Assembly (NCBI GenBank): GCA_019058315.1 | Contig: JAHPZH010000004.1 | Span: forward strand, 224,001-288,000 | Source: Candidatus Helarchaeota archaeon | GTDB lineage: Archaea; Asgardarchaeota; Lokiarchaeia; Helarchaeales; RDOG01 | DNA length: 64,000 nt | Reading direction: 5' to 3' | Shown here: one piece after another, positions 12,896 through 19,528 of the stretch | How positions within the stretch are numbered: position 1 is the stretch's first letter | How the letters are laid out: each line of letters begins with the position of its first letter | Notes under the pieces: generated by a model | The model's input: the letters and a program-made list of their open reading frames with translations, nothing else | Told to the model about the DNA's origin: nothing | The model's database searches: none | Made by a program: the position numbers and the translations under genes

Positions 12896-15464
12896 TAATT
12901 ACCCAAATCATGAAAGACCCATTATTTCTTGCATAATCTTGTGCAACGACTGTTATATTGTTCCAACCTTCAACCAAGTTAATATTTTGAACAGTGGATG
13001 TACCTGTATATTGAATTGATCCATTTCTAATGACTTCATAAACTTTAATTCCACTTTCAGAATCGTAACTACTTGTCCAATTTACTTGGACAGAGGCTGC
13101 AGATGTATTCAATTTATCAACAGGACTATCGATGATGACTGTTGGATTTGTATTATCTGAGCTTACATTCCAATAAATAATTTCAGATCGACTTTTATAA
13201 CCTAACTTTGAAGAAGTAATGTTAATTTCATAAATATTATCTAAAGTAAAATCCGAATAGTTAAGTTGGATATAATACGTCTCATTGGTTGCATGCCATA
13301 GGAAATTTCCATCTTGACCTGTCATATTACTATTATAAGTTACATTTGCATTTGTAATATTAAGACCAGTTTTCAAATCGATATATTGTACTATTATAGT
13401 GAGATTAAATGGCTCAAAATTACTCGTTATTGTAGTGCTAGGTTCCAATCGAATTAAACTTGTATTATAAATCAGTGAAAAAGTATTATTTATAGACGCA
13501 TTGTTATACCATGCTTTAGAAGCATTAATTACAACTTTATATGAACCATTTACAAAGTTATTTGTGGATAATGTATAATTATAATATCCGGAACTTAGAC
13601 TTTCCGTGAGGTTATCTTGCAAGACAAGAGATGAATCAGTCTCATTAAATATTTGAATTGTAAGGTTTGCTTCTGTTATTGGTGAATTAGTATGAGTATC
13701 ATTGTAAAACACAGTGACATTCAAATCGACTCCAATTAAATGGACGCCACTAACCTCACCTAAGTCATCAAAGCTTAGATTTGTGGAATTAACTACAAAT
13801 AAGTAAGTTTGATTTATTGCTGAATAAGATTCATTAGTCCAAATAATTTGAACAGTATAATTTCCTGTCTCTGTTGAAGCAGGAACGGTTACATTGAATA
13901 AAACGAAATCTACGAGTGTAGAACTATTAATTGTTGTCCAATCGGAAGTAACATCGTCATTAGTAGTATTATATATTGATAAATTCATTATACCATTAGA
14001 AAATCCACTAACAGAAGTATTTATTTGTATATTTTCTCCATGAATATAAGCTCGAGAATTATATGATGATGTAACTGCAGATTGGTTTAAAGATATTAAT
14101 ATTGTTTGTGTTGGACTCCTAAAAGTAAATTTCCAGAGACCTTCGGTTAAAATATCGTTGGTGTTATTTGATAAATATACAATGTTGTTCTGTTCAATTA
14201 TACCATTGGTAACATTTACATCTGAAGAATTTAATGCTAAAATCATATTCCAACTTGATAATGGTTTGGAAAGGGTAACCGAAAAATTACTTAAAGACTC
14301 TCCATATGAAGCTGTTGGAGCGGATACTGAAAAATTAGTTTTCCAATAACTCCACAACTCTCCAAGAGAAATATTATGTTTTATATTAGTAGTTTGTGTC
14401 AAATTAACATTTATAGATGTCCATGTCAGATTACATGAAAAACTAGAATTTGTGGATATTGTTATTGATTTGTTTTCTCCGTCATTATCTGCAAAATTGA
14501 AATTATAGGTAGTACTATTAACATCATGAACGGTACTATCTATCGTCATGTTCATATCGATATCTTCTGGGTTCATATTTGTAAGAGTGTTATTCGAAGA
14601 ATCGATATAAACTGTTTTTAGTTTTAATGACATATCTTGTGTATTTATTTGACTCCAGACTCCAACATACTGATATAGATAACCCTCATCAACGTTATCT
14701 CCTCCATTAAAAGTTGTATCCCAATTATAAAACCAATGAACACCAGTGGTTCCTGGGATACTATCTACTAAATTAGTTGCGTTAATCACAAAATAATAAA
14801 ATCCTGCTGTCAAATTAACGTTAATATTACTAAACACATTCCATGTAGTAGTTCCAAATTGGCCAGTCCTCGAACTATTCCATAATAGTGCTTGTGGTGC
14901 ATTTCCAACTCCTGTAGAATTCCAAATCTCAATGTCATAATATCCTGAAAAAAGTATCAGGTAACCATATAAGCTAATATCAGTGATTCTAGAATCTCTC
15001 GAGAGGATAAAAGACATTGCGTAAGGAGAAGAACTACTACTAAGAATATATTTAAGAGTACTAAAATTTTGTTCAACATCCCTCCAAGTAGATTCTGCAG
15101 AAATATTCTGTATATTAATTTCATAATTGGTACGGTTATAGTCTGTGGGAACAGTTACATCGAATTGACGTTCATTGTCACCAGCTGGAGATTCAGGACC
15201 TGTTGCGTTTATTACATTACTTACTAACCAATTTAAATAAGTTTTATTTGAATAACTTGTCTGTGTGACATTTAGACCATTTCGTGTACCATTTGCATAA
15301 TCCTTAGTAATCTCATTAAAGGTTTTTGATTTAAAATTTAATTTTTCCAATAAATTCAATGGAATTGGAGATTCTGAGTTATATTGATTATAATTTAAAA
15401 TCGCCAAATAAGGTGAAGTTAGTATGATAATAAAAATAATGATTTTAATAGGAATTTTTCGCAA
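1..15464 (-). CDS. Giant secreted surface protein/adhesin (>5150 aa, 3' end outside window) with about 45 tandem 96-aa Ig-like repeats
   Basis: TTG start at 15464, with AGGT upstream and an in-frame TGA two codons before. N-terminus MRKIPIKIIIFIIILTSPYLAILN looks like a signal peptide. The same frame is read at both ends, and the ORF track shows no closed minus-strand ORF inside it. Repeat unit: RWFDIDNTYPTISITDPASDGDIDTG..ISISGNADGTGSNI.SVMINDSRFTIFTDPSG.PSGAYEFRNNTFIPDGNIG.LVNVTDSAGLTTSTT. Confidence 0.93.
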   Translation of the reverse strand, partial: MRKIPIKIIIFIIILTSPYLAILNYNQYNSESPIPLNLLEKLNFKSKTFNEITKDYANGTRNGLNVTQTSYSNKTYLNWLVSNVINATGPESPAGDNERQFDVTVPTDYNRTNYEINIQNISAESTWRDVEQNFSTLKYILSSSSSPYAMSFILSRDSRITDISLYGYLILFSGYYDIEIWNSTGVGNAPQALLWNSSRTGQFGTTTWNVFSNINVNLTAGFYYFVINATNLVDSIPGTTGVHWFYNWDTTFNGGDNVDEGYLYQYVGVWSQINTQDMSLKLKTVYIDSSNNTLTNMNPEDIDMNMTIDSTVHDVNSTTYNFNFADNDGENKSITISTNSSFSCNLTWTSINVNLTQTTNIKHNISLGELWSYWKTNFSVSAPTASYGESLSNFSVTLSKPLSSWNMILALNSSDVNVTNGIIEQNNIVYLSNNTNDILTEGLWKFTFRSPTQTILISLNQSAVTSSYNSRAYIHGENIQINTSVSGFSNGIMNLSIYNTTNDDVTSDWTTINSSTLVDFVLFNVTVPASTETGNYTVQIIWTNESYSAINQTYLFVVNSTNLSFDDLGEVSGVHLIGVDLNVTVFYNDTHTNSPITEANLTIQIFNETDSSLVLQDNLTESLSSGYYNYTLSTNNFVNGSYKVVINASKAWYNNASINNTFSLIYNTSLIRLEPSTTITSNFEPFNLTIIVQYIDLKTGLNITNANVTYNSNMTGQDGNFLWHATNETYYIQLNYSDFTLDNIYEINITSSKLGYKSRSEIIYWNVSSDNTNPTVIIDSPVDKLNTSAASVQVNWTSSYDSESGIKVYEVIRNGSIQYTGTSTVQNINLVEGWNNITVVAQDYARNNGSFMIWVIMDSINPTITVTDPASNGSIDTGVIISISGFANGTGTEITSIQINNSNFNIFLDPSGSLSGNYEFRNSSYIADGYIAIKINITDSSGLTSSIIRWFYIDNTPPTISITDPASDGDIDTGAIISVSGNADGTGSNIVSVMINDSRFTIFTDPSGTPSGAYEFRNNTFIPDGNVAILVNVTDTAGLTTSATRWFDIDNTLPSLTITDPASNGDIDTGAIISISGNADGTGSNIVSVMINDSRFTIFTDPSGSPSGAYEFRNNTYIPDGNVAIQVNVTDQASLTTTASRWFDIDNTDPTITITDPASDGDIDTGVIISISGNADGTGSNILSVMINDSRFTIFTDPSGSPSGAYEFRNNTFIPDGNIAVLVNVTDSAGLTTSTTRWFDIDNTYPTITITDPASDGDIDTGTIISISGNADGTGSNIVSVMINDSRFTIFTDPSGSPSGAYEFRNNTFIPDGNIGVLVNVTDSAGLTTLTTRWFDIDNTYPTISITDPASDGDIDTGAIISISGNADGTGSNIVSVMINDSRFTIFTDPSGSPSGAYEFRNNTFIPDGNIGILVNVTDSASLTASTTRWFDIDNTYPTISITDPASDGDIDTGVIISISGNADGTGSNIVSVMINDSRFTIFTDPSGSPSGAYEFRNNTFIPDGNIGILVNVTDSASLTASTTRWFDIDNTYPTISITDPASDGDIDTGVIISISGNADGTGSNIVSVMINDSRFTIFTDPSGSPSGAYEFRNNTFIPDGNIAILVNVTDSASLTTSTTRWFDIDNTYPTISITDPASDGDIDTGTTISIGGNVDGTGSNIVSVMINDSRFTIFTDPSGTPSGAYEFRNNTFIPDGNVAILVNVTDSASLTTSATRWFDIDNTYPTITITDPASDGDIDTGTIISISGNADGTGSNIVSVLINDSRFTIFTDPSGSPSGAYEFRNNTFIPDGNIGILVNVTDSASLTTSTTRWFDIDNTDPTISITDPASDGDIDTGTIISIGGNVDGTGSNIVSVMINDSRFTIFIDPSGTPSGVYEFRNNTFIPDGNVAVLVNVTDSASLTTSTTRWFDIDNTYPTISITDPASDGDIDTGTIISISGNADGTGSNIASVMINDSRFTIFTDPSGTPSGAYEFRNNTFIPDGNIAILVNVTDSAGLTTSATRWFDIDNTNPTITITDPASDGDIDTGVIISISGNADGTGSNIVSVMINDSRFTIFTDPSGSPSGAYEFRNNTFIPDGNVAVLVNVTDSASLTTSTTRWFDIDNTYPTISITDPASDGDIDTGTIISISGNTDGTGSNIASVMINDSRFTIFTDPSGTPSGAYEFRNNTLILDGNIAILVNVTDSAGLTTSATRWFDIDNTNPTITITDPASDGDVDTGVIISISGNADGTGSNIVSVMINDSRFTIFTDPSGSPSGAYEFRNNTFIPDGNIGILVNVTDSASLTTSTTRWFDIDNTDPTISITDPASDGDIDTGTIISIGGNADGTGSNIASVMINESRFTIFTDPSGSPSGAYEFRNNTFIPDGNIAVLVNVTDSAGLTTSTTRWFDIDNIYPTISITDPTSDGDIDTGAIISISGNADGTGSNIVSVMINDSRFTIFTDPSGSPSGAYEFRNNTFIPDGNIGILVNVTDSAAQTTSTTRWFDIDNTDPTITITDPASDGDIDTGAIISISGNADGTGSNIVSVMINDSRFTIFTDPSGSPSGAYEFRNNTFISDGNIGVLVNITDSAGLITSTTRWFDVDNIYPTISIIDPTSDGDVDTGAIISISGNADGTGSNIVSVMINDSRFTIFTDPSGTPSGAYEFRNNTFIPDGNIAILVNVTDSASQTTSATRWFDIDNTYPTISITDPASDGDIDTGIIISVSGNADGTGTNIVSVMINDSRFTIFTDPSGTPSGAYEFRNNTFLADGNIGILVNITDSAGLTTSTTRWFDIDNTYPTISITDPTADGVTDTGTIISISGNVDGTGSNIISVMINDSRFTIFTDPSGTPSGAYEFRNNTFIADGNIGVLVNVTDSAGLTTSATRWFDIDNTYPTISITDPTSDGDIDTGVIISISGNADGTGSNIASVMINDSRFTIFTNPSGTPSGAYEFRNNTFLADGNIGVLVNVTDSAGLTTSTTRWFDIDNTYPTISIIDPASNGDIDTGAIISVSGNSDGTGSNIASVMINDSRFTIFTDPSGSPSGAYEFRNNTFIPDGNIGVLVNVTDSAGLTTSTTRWFDIDNTLPTISITDPASDGDIDTGVIISISGNADGTGSNIASVMINDSRFTIFTDPSGTPSGAYEFRNNTFIPDGNIGVLVNVTDSAGLTTSTTRWFDIDNTLPTISITDPASDGDIDTGVIISISGNADGTGSNIASVMINDSRFTIFTDPSGSPSGAYEFRNNTFIPDGNIGVLVNVTDSAGLTTSATRWFDIDNTLPTISITDPASDGDIDTGVIISISGNADGTGSNIVSVMINDSRFTIFTDPSGSPSGAYEFRNNSYIPDGNIGVLVNVTDSASLTASTTRWFDIDNTYPTISITDPASDGDIDTGAIISISGNADGTGSNIVSVMINDSRFTIFTDPSGTPSGAYEFRNNTFIPDGNIGVLVNVTDSAGLTTSTSRWFDIDNTYPTISIIDPASDGDIDTGNIISISGNADGTGSNIVSVLINDSRFTIFTDPSGTPSGAYEFRNNTYLADGNVGILVNVTDSAGLTTSNTRWFDIDNTYPTISITDPASDGDIDNGAIISVGGNADGTGSNIASVMINDTRFTIFTDPSGTPSGAYEFRNNTFIPDGNIGVLVNVTDSAGLTTSTTRWFDIDNTYPTITITDPASDGDIDTGAIIFISGNADGTGSNIISVMINDSRFTIFTDPSGSPSGAYEFRNNTFIPDGNVAVLVNVTDSASLTTSTTRWFDVDNTYPTISITDPVSDGDVDTGAIISISGNADGTGSNIVSVMINDSRFTILTDPSGSPSGAYEFRNNTYLADGNIGVLVNVTDTAGLTTSTTRWFDIDNTYPTISIADPASNGDLDTGAIIWINGTADGTGSDISSVMINDSRFTIFTDPSGSPSGNYAFNNNTLITDGTIAIEVNVTDSAYLTTSAIRWFILDNTNPTIVITHPFPNGTTDTGGSVTVDGWVDGTGTNIFSVQINDSRFTLTTNPVGSSSGPFTFSNNSFITLGNVAVKVNVTDSVGLTGSIARWFTYIIGPSVTVDHPSPDSAIDTGIDITINGTADGGGTNIDQVWINDSRFILTVNPSGSPSGVYGFQNISFIPDGRVAITITLNNSGGLSDYRIRWFIIDNTYPTISITDPTSDGDIDTGATISISGFVNGTGSNIQSVMINDSRFTIAVDPSGSASGIYTFNNNSYIPDGNIAVEVNITDTANLTVSTTRWFDIDNTYPTISITVPASNGDLVTGTDIWINGTVDGTGSNITSVMINDSRFTLIIDPSGSPSGNYAFNNNSYVADGIISIEVNITDSASLTSAAIRWLNLDNTNPSILINDPASNGDVDTGTIIWINGTVDGTGSNIVSVLINDSRFTIFTDPSGSPSGSFAFNNNSYITEGNIAIEVNVTDSASLTSSATRWFDVDNIYPTITINDPASDGDIDTGAIIWINGTVDGTGSNIISVLINDSRFTIFIDPSGSPSGSYAFNNNSYIPDGNIGIKVNITDSAGLTTPTTRWFDIDNTYPTITITDPASDGDVDTGAIISISGNADGTGSNIVSVMINDSRFTIFTDPSGTPSGAYEFRNNTFIPDGNIAIMVNVTDTASLTTSTTRWADIDNTYPTISITDPSSDGDIDTGAIISVSGNADGTGSNIASVMINDSRFTIFTDPSGTPSGAYEFRNNTFIPDGNIGILVNVTDSAGLTTSTTRWFDIDNTYPTISITDPASDGDIDTGTIISISGNADGTGSNIVSVMINDSRFTIFTDPSGSPSGAYEFRNNTFIPDGNIGILVNVTDSAGLTTSTTRWFDIDNTYPTISITDPASDGDIDTGTIISISGNADGTGSNIVSVMINDSRFTIFTDPSGSPSGAYEFRNNTFIPDGNIGILVNVTDSAGLTTSTTRWFDVDNTLPTITITDPASNGDIDTGAIISISGNADGTGSNIVSVMINDSRFTIFTDPSGSPSGAYEFRNNTFIPDGNIGILVNVTDSAGLTTSTTRWFDVDNTLPTITITDPASNGDIDTGAIISISGNADGTGSNIVSVMINDSRFTIFTDPSGSPSGAYEFRNNTFIPDGNIGILVNVTDSAGLTTSTTRWFDIDNTLPTITITDPVSDGDVDVGAIISVSGNADGTGSNIASVMINDSRFTIFTDPSGTPSGAYQFRNNTFIPDGNI

Positions 15465-15636
15465 AATTCATCCGACCTAAAAAGTAAATTATATCAAGTT
15501 ATATTACATCATTGAATTTAAATTATAAAACAAGAAAAATATAAAAATATTTATTTAATATTGAAAATCTAATATATCAAAATTAAGTAATTTTTAAAAA
15601 TAAGAAACAATAAATAAATTTTAAGAAATTAAAGAG

Positions 15637-17010
15637 TTATTTAAGAGCTTCTCTCAAACTAGCTAATTCTTTGAGATTTCTCATCCTCTCAACTTCTTCT
15701 AAATATTGCTTAGCTTCTGTCATTTCACCAATTTCTACAGATAGCTTTGAAGCTTGATCAAACAACATTGCAGCTTCATCGTATTTTCCACCAATTTCCA
15801 TTGTTTTTGCTTTATTAATAATCTCATTTCGTTCTTGTCTTAATCGTGGAATTCGTGAACGCATTTCCTGTGCGGTTTGACTAAAGAGCTGGGCACGTTC
15901 TGCAAATTCTTGAGCGACTATATTTTCGTATAATTGAGTAGAAAGTCCCGAAATACTAGATAATAATTGTGCAGCAGTACCAAAATCATCTCTTTTTACT
16001 GAATCATCCAGTTGAGAAAAAAGAATCTTCCTTTCTTCACGTATCCTTTTCCTGTTTTCAATTTCTGCACTAAGTTGCTCCGTTAGCTTTTTTTTAGGGA
16101 ATTGCTGAATTCTATCTAGAAAAGTTTTTCTACTATCTTCCGTAGAAACTAATAAATCTTCCAAAATTAAATTTTTATTTTCATTAGATAATGTCTTAAT
16201 TTCTGACATTTGATCCCATAGCATTCTACGTTCTGCGGATTGAGCTACTTGTTCTATATCTATAGCTATAAATAATCCTTTGTCATTTAGACCAAAAATT
16301 GCCTTTACAATCTTATCTCGGGGCATTTTTGTTTTTTTAATAACTTCCTCAATGAGTCTAGCTGTAAAAAAGAAACCTCTTTCTTTAGAAAGGTCTTTCG
16401 CGACTTTCATTATTGAATTTTCTGCTGAATTAAGTTTTGCCTGTTTTATAATTTCAGGATCCATTGGTAAAATTATGGGCTTAATTAAAAACAAATTGAA
16501 GTGTGTATCAACCAAATCTTTGGCTGGAGCAAAATCACTTACTTTTCCCGAGAACTCATCAATATATCGTTTAAATTTTCTATTAAAATCTTCTGCAAAT
16601 GTAGTAAGAGATTGCTTGATAGGATCGGAAGGATCGGATTCAAGCATTACTGCGACCATTACATCTTCCGTATCTGCAATACAGATTTGGAATTGTTCCA
16701 TTGGATATGTATAAAGTACACAAGTGGTTCCTGCCATTTCTTCGGTTATATCGGCACTTTTTGGTTTTTTCTTCTCGTCTTTCTTCTTTTTCTTTTCGTC
16801 TTCTCTTCTTTCCTTTTCTTCTTCCTTTTTCCTCTTCTCGTCTTCCTTTTTTCTTAATTTTTCTTCTTTTTTATTGTCTTTCTTTTTATCGACTTTCTCT
16901 TTTTTATCCTCTTTTTTGTCGTCTTTTTTGTCATCTTTTTTTTTCTTGTCTTCTGGAATCGTGGGTTTTTGGAAAGGTATAAACCTTGGAGTTCTTCGGG
17001 GTCGTGCCAT
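15637..17010 (-). CDS. Hypothetical protein: K/D/E-rich N-terminus, partial longin-like region, wHTH-like segment and TPR-like helical C-terminus
   Basis: ORF track 457 aa. LTTFAEDFNRKF..YIDEFSGKVSDF resembles the Asgard longin C-terminal helix; GKYDEAAMLFDQASKLS is TPR-like. Confidence 0.7.
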   Translation of the reverse strand: MARPRRTPRFIPFQKPTIPEDKKKKDDKKDDKKEDKKEKVDKKKDNKKEEKLRKKEDEKRKKEEEKERREDEKKKKKDEKKKPKSADITEEMAGTTCVLYTYPMEQFQICIADTEDVMVAVMLESDPSDPIKQSLTTFAEDFNRKFKRYIDEFSGKVSDFAPAKDLVDTHFNLFLIKPIILPMDPEIIKQAKLNSAENSIMKVAKDLSKERGFFFTARLIEEVIKKTKMPRDKIVKAIFGLNDKGLFIAIDIEQVAQSAERRMLWDQMSEIKTLSNENKNLILEDLLVSTEDSRKTFLDRIQQFPKKKLTEQLSAEIENRKRIREERKILFSQLDDSVKRDDFGTAAQLLSSISGLSTQLYENIVAQEFAERAQLFSQTAQEMRSRIPRLRQERNEIINKAKTMEIGGKYDEAAMLFDQASKLSVEIGEMTEAKQYLEEVERMRNLKELASLREALK

Positions 17011-17311
17011 TATTTCTCCTCATTTAAGTTTTTATTCAAAAATTTGGGTTGAAATTTCTAAAAGACACGTAAAATATTCTTTTTTACATTTACACATTTT
17101 ATTTATTTAAATATTTAGTTATAAACATTTAGTAAATTTTAATATTATATTGTTCATTTCATTTTGTAAATAAAAATGCAATTATCTTTTTATTATATTT
17201 TTTTTCAAATTGTTAATCATAAAATATTTACTTTATTAATGATTTCAAATACTTAGTTAATTAAAGAAATTATATTTATGGGATTAATAGATTTAATATT
17301 AATTTATTTTA

Positions 17312-18601
17312 GTGATTACTATGTCTTGGAAAGAAATAAAAAGAATCGAGCAAATTATCAGAAAGGAACGTGGGGATAAAGCTGTATTTCTCAGACTTGT
17401 AAAAGATAAAGACGAAGTTTCTTCGGTAATTTTTGGTATAGAAGATAAAAATAGTAAAAATTCTATAAAATTAAGTTTAGAAGAATGGGATAGTCTATTA
17501 TCTTTCTTTAACACAATAGATGATGAAATAAAATCACGTCAAAACTCTATAATAGAAGAAGAAAAAGAATACATATCAAATGAGTTGGAAACACAAACTC
17601 CTGCAGAAGTAGGTATTCAAGAACCTCCTGAAACCATCCCTGAAGCTAAAGTAATAGGCTCAGCATTTGAAGAACCTTCCTCAACTGTGACTCTTATTCA
17701 TAAAGATATGACATCTACCCCCGCAGAAATAACCGAAATACCCTCTCCAGAACCTGAGGAAGTAACTGAAATACCCTCTCCAGAACCTGAAGAAGTAACT
17801 GAAATACCCTCTCCAGAACTTGAAGAAATAATTGAAATACCCTCTCCAGAACTTGAAGAAATAATTGAAATACCCTCTCCAGAACCTGAAGAAATAGCTG
17901 AAATACCCTCTCCAGAACCTGTAGAAATAACTGAAATACCCACCCCAGAACCTGTAGAAATAACTGAAATACCCTCTCCAGAACTTGAAGAAACGATTCC
18001 ACCTCCTACAATTGTTAATGAAGACATCGAATCCCCCTCAGAAGTAATAGCAGAACCTATTGAAATAGAAAAACCACCTTTGCCCACTGCAGTTGTTTTT
18101 GAAGAAGAACCACAGATAGAGGCTAAACCAACACCTCCTGCAATTGTATTAGAACATATTGAACCACCATTCGAGAGCAAACCTAAAATTACTGAACCTA
18201 AACCTTCAATTCCGTCTCCTGTTCTAATTCCAGATACAAGTCCAATTAGTCCAGAACAAGATGATCTATTTCCTGAAATGCCACCTGAAGTAAAAGAAAT
18301 TTTTGAAGAATTAGATACTCAAGCAACAGAATTGGAAAAATCTCTCATATTATCTGAGGACGAATTATCCGGTTCAGAACTATCAAAAGAAGTAAAAATA
18401 ACTAAAGCTATGCAAGAGGTAGCAGAACTTATGCCTTCTGGTCCAGCAAAAGAATTTGTTGAACAGATGATTGTAAAAAGAAAAGAGACACAAGATACTA
18501 CTGAAGATGAAAATGAGAAATCAAAAGAAAAGGAGAAAAGCTCGCCTAAAGAAGAAATAAAAAATGATACAGAAGAGGAAGAAAAATTAAAATATTGGTA
18601 A
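17312..18601 (+). CDS. Acidic Pro/Glu-rich protein with small N-terminal globular domain and 11-aa tandem repeats
   Basis: ORF track 429 aa; likely ATG at 17321. Confidence 0.8.
   Translation: MITMSWKEIKRIEQIIRKERGDKAVFLRLVKDKDEVSSVIFGIEDKNSKNSIKLSLEEWDSLLSFFNTIDDEIKSRQNSIIEEEKEYISNELETQTPAEVGIQEPPETIPEAKVIGSAFEEPSSTVTLIHKDMTSTPAEITEIPSPEPEEVTEIPSPEPEEVTEIPSPELEEIIEIPSPELEEIIEIPSPEPEEIAEIPSPEPVEITEIPTPEPVEITEIPSPELEETIPPPTIVNEDIESPSEVIAEPIEIEKPPLPTAVVFEEEPQIEAKPTPPAIVLEHIEPPFESKPKITEPKPSIPSPVLIPDTSPISPEQDDLFPEMPPEVKEIFEELDTQATELEKSLILSEDELSGSELSKEVKITKAMQEVAELMPSGPAKEFVEQMIVKRKETQDTTEDENEKSKEKEKSSPKEEIKNDTEEEEKLKYW
17726..17989 (+). repeat. 8 x 33-bp in-frame tandem repeat (EITEIPSPEPE)
   Basis: gaaataccctctccagaa recurs every 33 nt. 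Confidence 0.95.
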
Positions 18602-18612
18602 AAGTTTGACCA

Positions 18613-19515
18613 TTAGCATACTAATCTATTAGCCATTATCTCCCATTGTCTGTCAACCCAATCTTGTAAATATTTGATATCGGTCTTTGTCATTTTAGCA
18701 AATCTTCCTTGAGGTTTAATATATTCTTCTATAGGTTTTCTCTTAGATTTATCTAGACGTGATTTGCTAGGTCCACTCAACTTTGTAACACCATCTTCAA
18801 CTTCATATAAAATCCAAAATCCGGTTTCTACTGCTAATTTACCCATTTCAATTGTAAGTTCAGAAGCGAATCTCCAACCGGGGGCACATGGAGCAAATAT
18901 GTGGATATATTTACAGCCTCTTATATCTTTTGATTTCTTTACCTTGTTATATAGATCAAGTGGATATCCTGTAGAGGCTGTAGCCACATATGGAATATCA
19001 TGAGCTGCGATAATTTGAGGTAAATTTTTCTTATGTTGTTTTTTTCCAAAGGGTGTAGTAGTCGTCCAAGCACCATAAGGTGTTCCACCACTTCTTTGTG
19101 TACCAGTGTTCATATATGCTTCATTATCATAACAAATATATAAAATATCATCCCCTCGTTCAGCTGCACCACTTAGAGCTTGTATACCAATATCGTATGT
19201 TCCTCCGTCTCCTGCCCAACATAAACATGTGATATCGTTTATTCCTCTGGCTTTTAATGCAGTACGAATTCCGGCTGTAGCTGCAGCACCTGCAGCAAAT
19301 GCCATATTAATGAATGGAATAGTAGGTGCAGTTTTAGGATATAGACCAATAACTACATTTGTGCATGAAGCAGGGGCAACTATAATTGTTCGTTCTCCCA
19401 AAGCCTTTAAGGTCCATCTTATAGCAAGCTCAAGTCCACAACCTGCACAACAAGAATTTCCTCTTAAAAAATATTCTCTATTCTCAGTTTTTGCTAATTC
19501 TTTAATAGATACCAT
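18613..19515 (-). CDS. porB: Pyruvate/2-oxoacid:ferredoxin oxidoreductase beta subunit
   Basis: CAGCG, TPP-binding GDGG...YDNEAYMNTG, and PCAPGW motifs. Confidence 0.93.
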   Translation of the reverse strand: MVSIKELAKTENREYFLRGNSCCAGCGLELAIRWTLKALGERTIIVAPASCTNVVIGLYPKTAPTIPFINMAFAAGAAATAGIRTALKARGINDITCLCWAGDGGTYDIGIQALSGAAERGDDILYICYDNEAYMNTGTQRSGGTPYGAWTTTTPFGKKQHKKNLPQIIAAHDIPYVATASTGYPLDLYNKVKKSKDIRGCKYIHIFAPCAPGWRFASELTIEMGKLAVETGFWILYEVEDGVTKLSGPSKSRLDKSKRKPIEEYIKPQGRFAKMTKTDIKYLQDWVDRQWEIMANRLVC

Positions 19516-19528
19516 AATTCTTCACCTT

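Noticed and set aside
15469-15471. ATG at 15471 as the start of the giant gene
   Set aside because: It is out of frame with the repeat-encoding frame; TTG at 15464 is in frame.
17726-17989. 33-bp repeats as a CRISPR array
   Set aside because: The repeats are head-to-tail without spacers and in frame within a protein; no cas genes are present.
16280-18180. Overlapping ORFs rich in F/S or repeating VLERVFQL
   Set aside because: They are opposite-strand readings of low-complexity K/E-rich and P/E-rich coding sequence.
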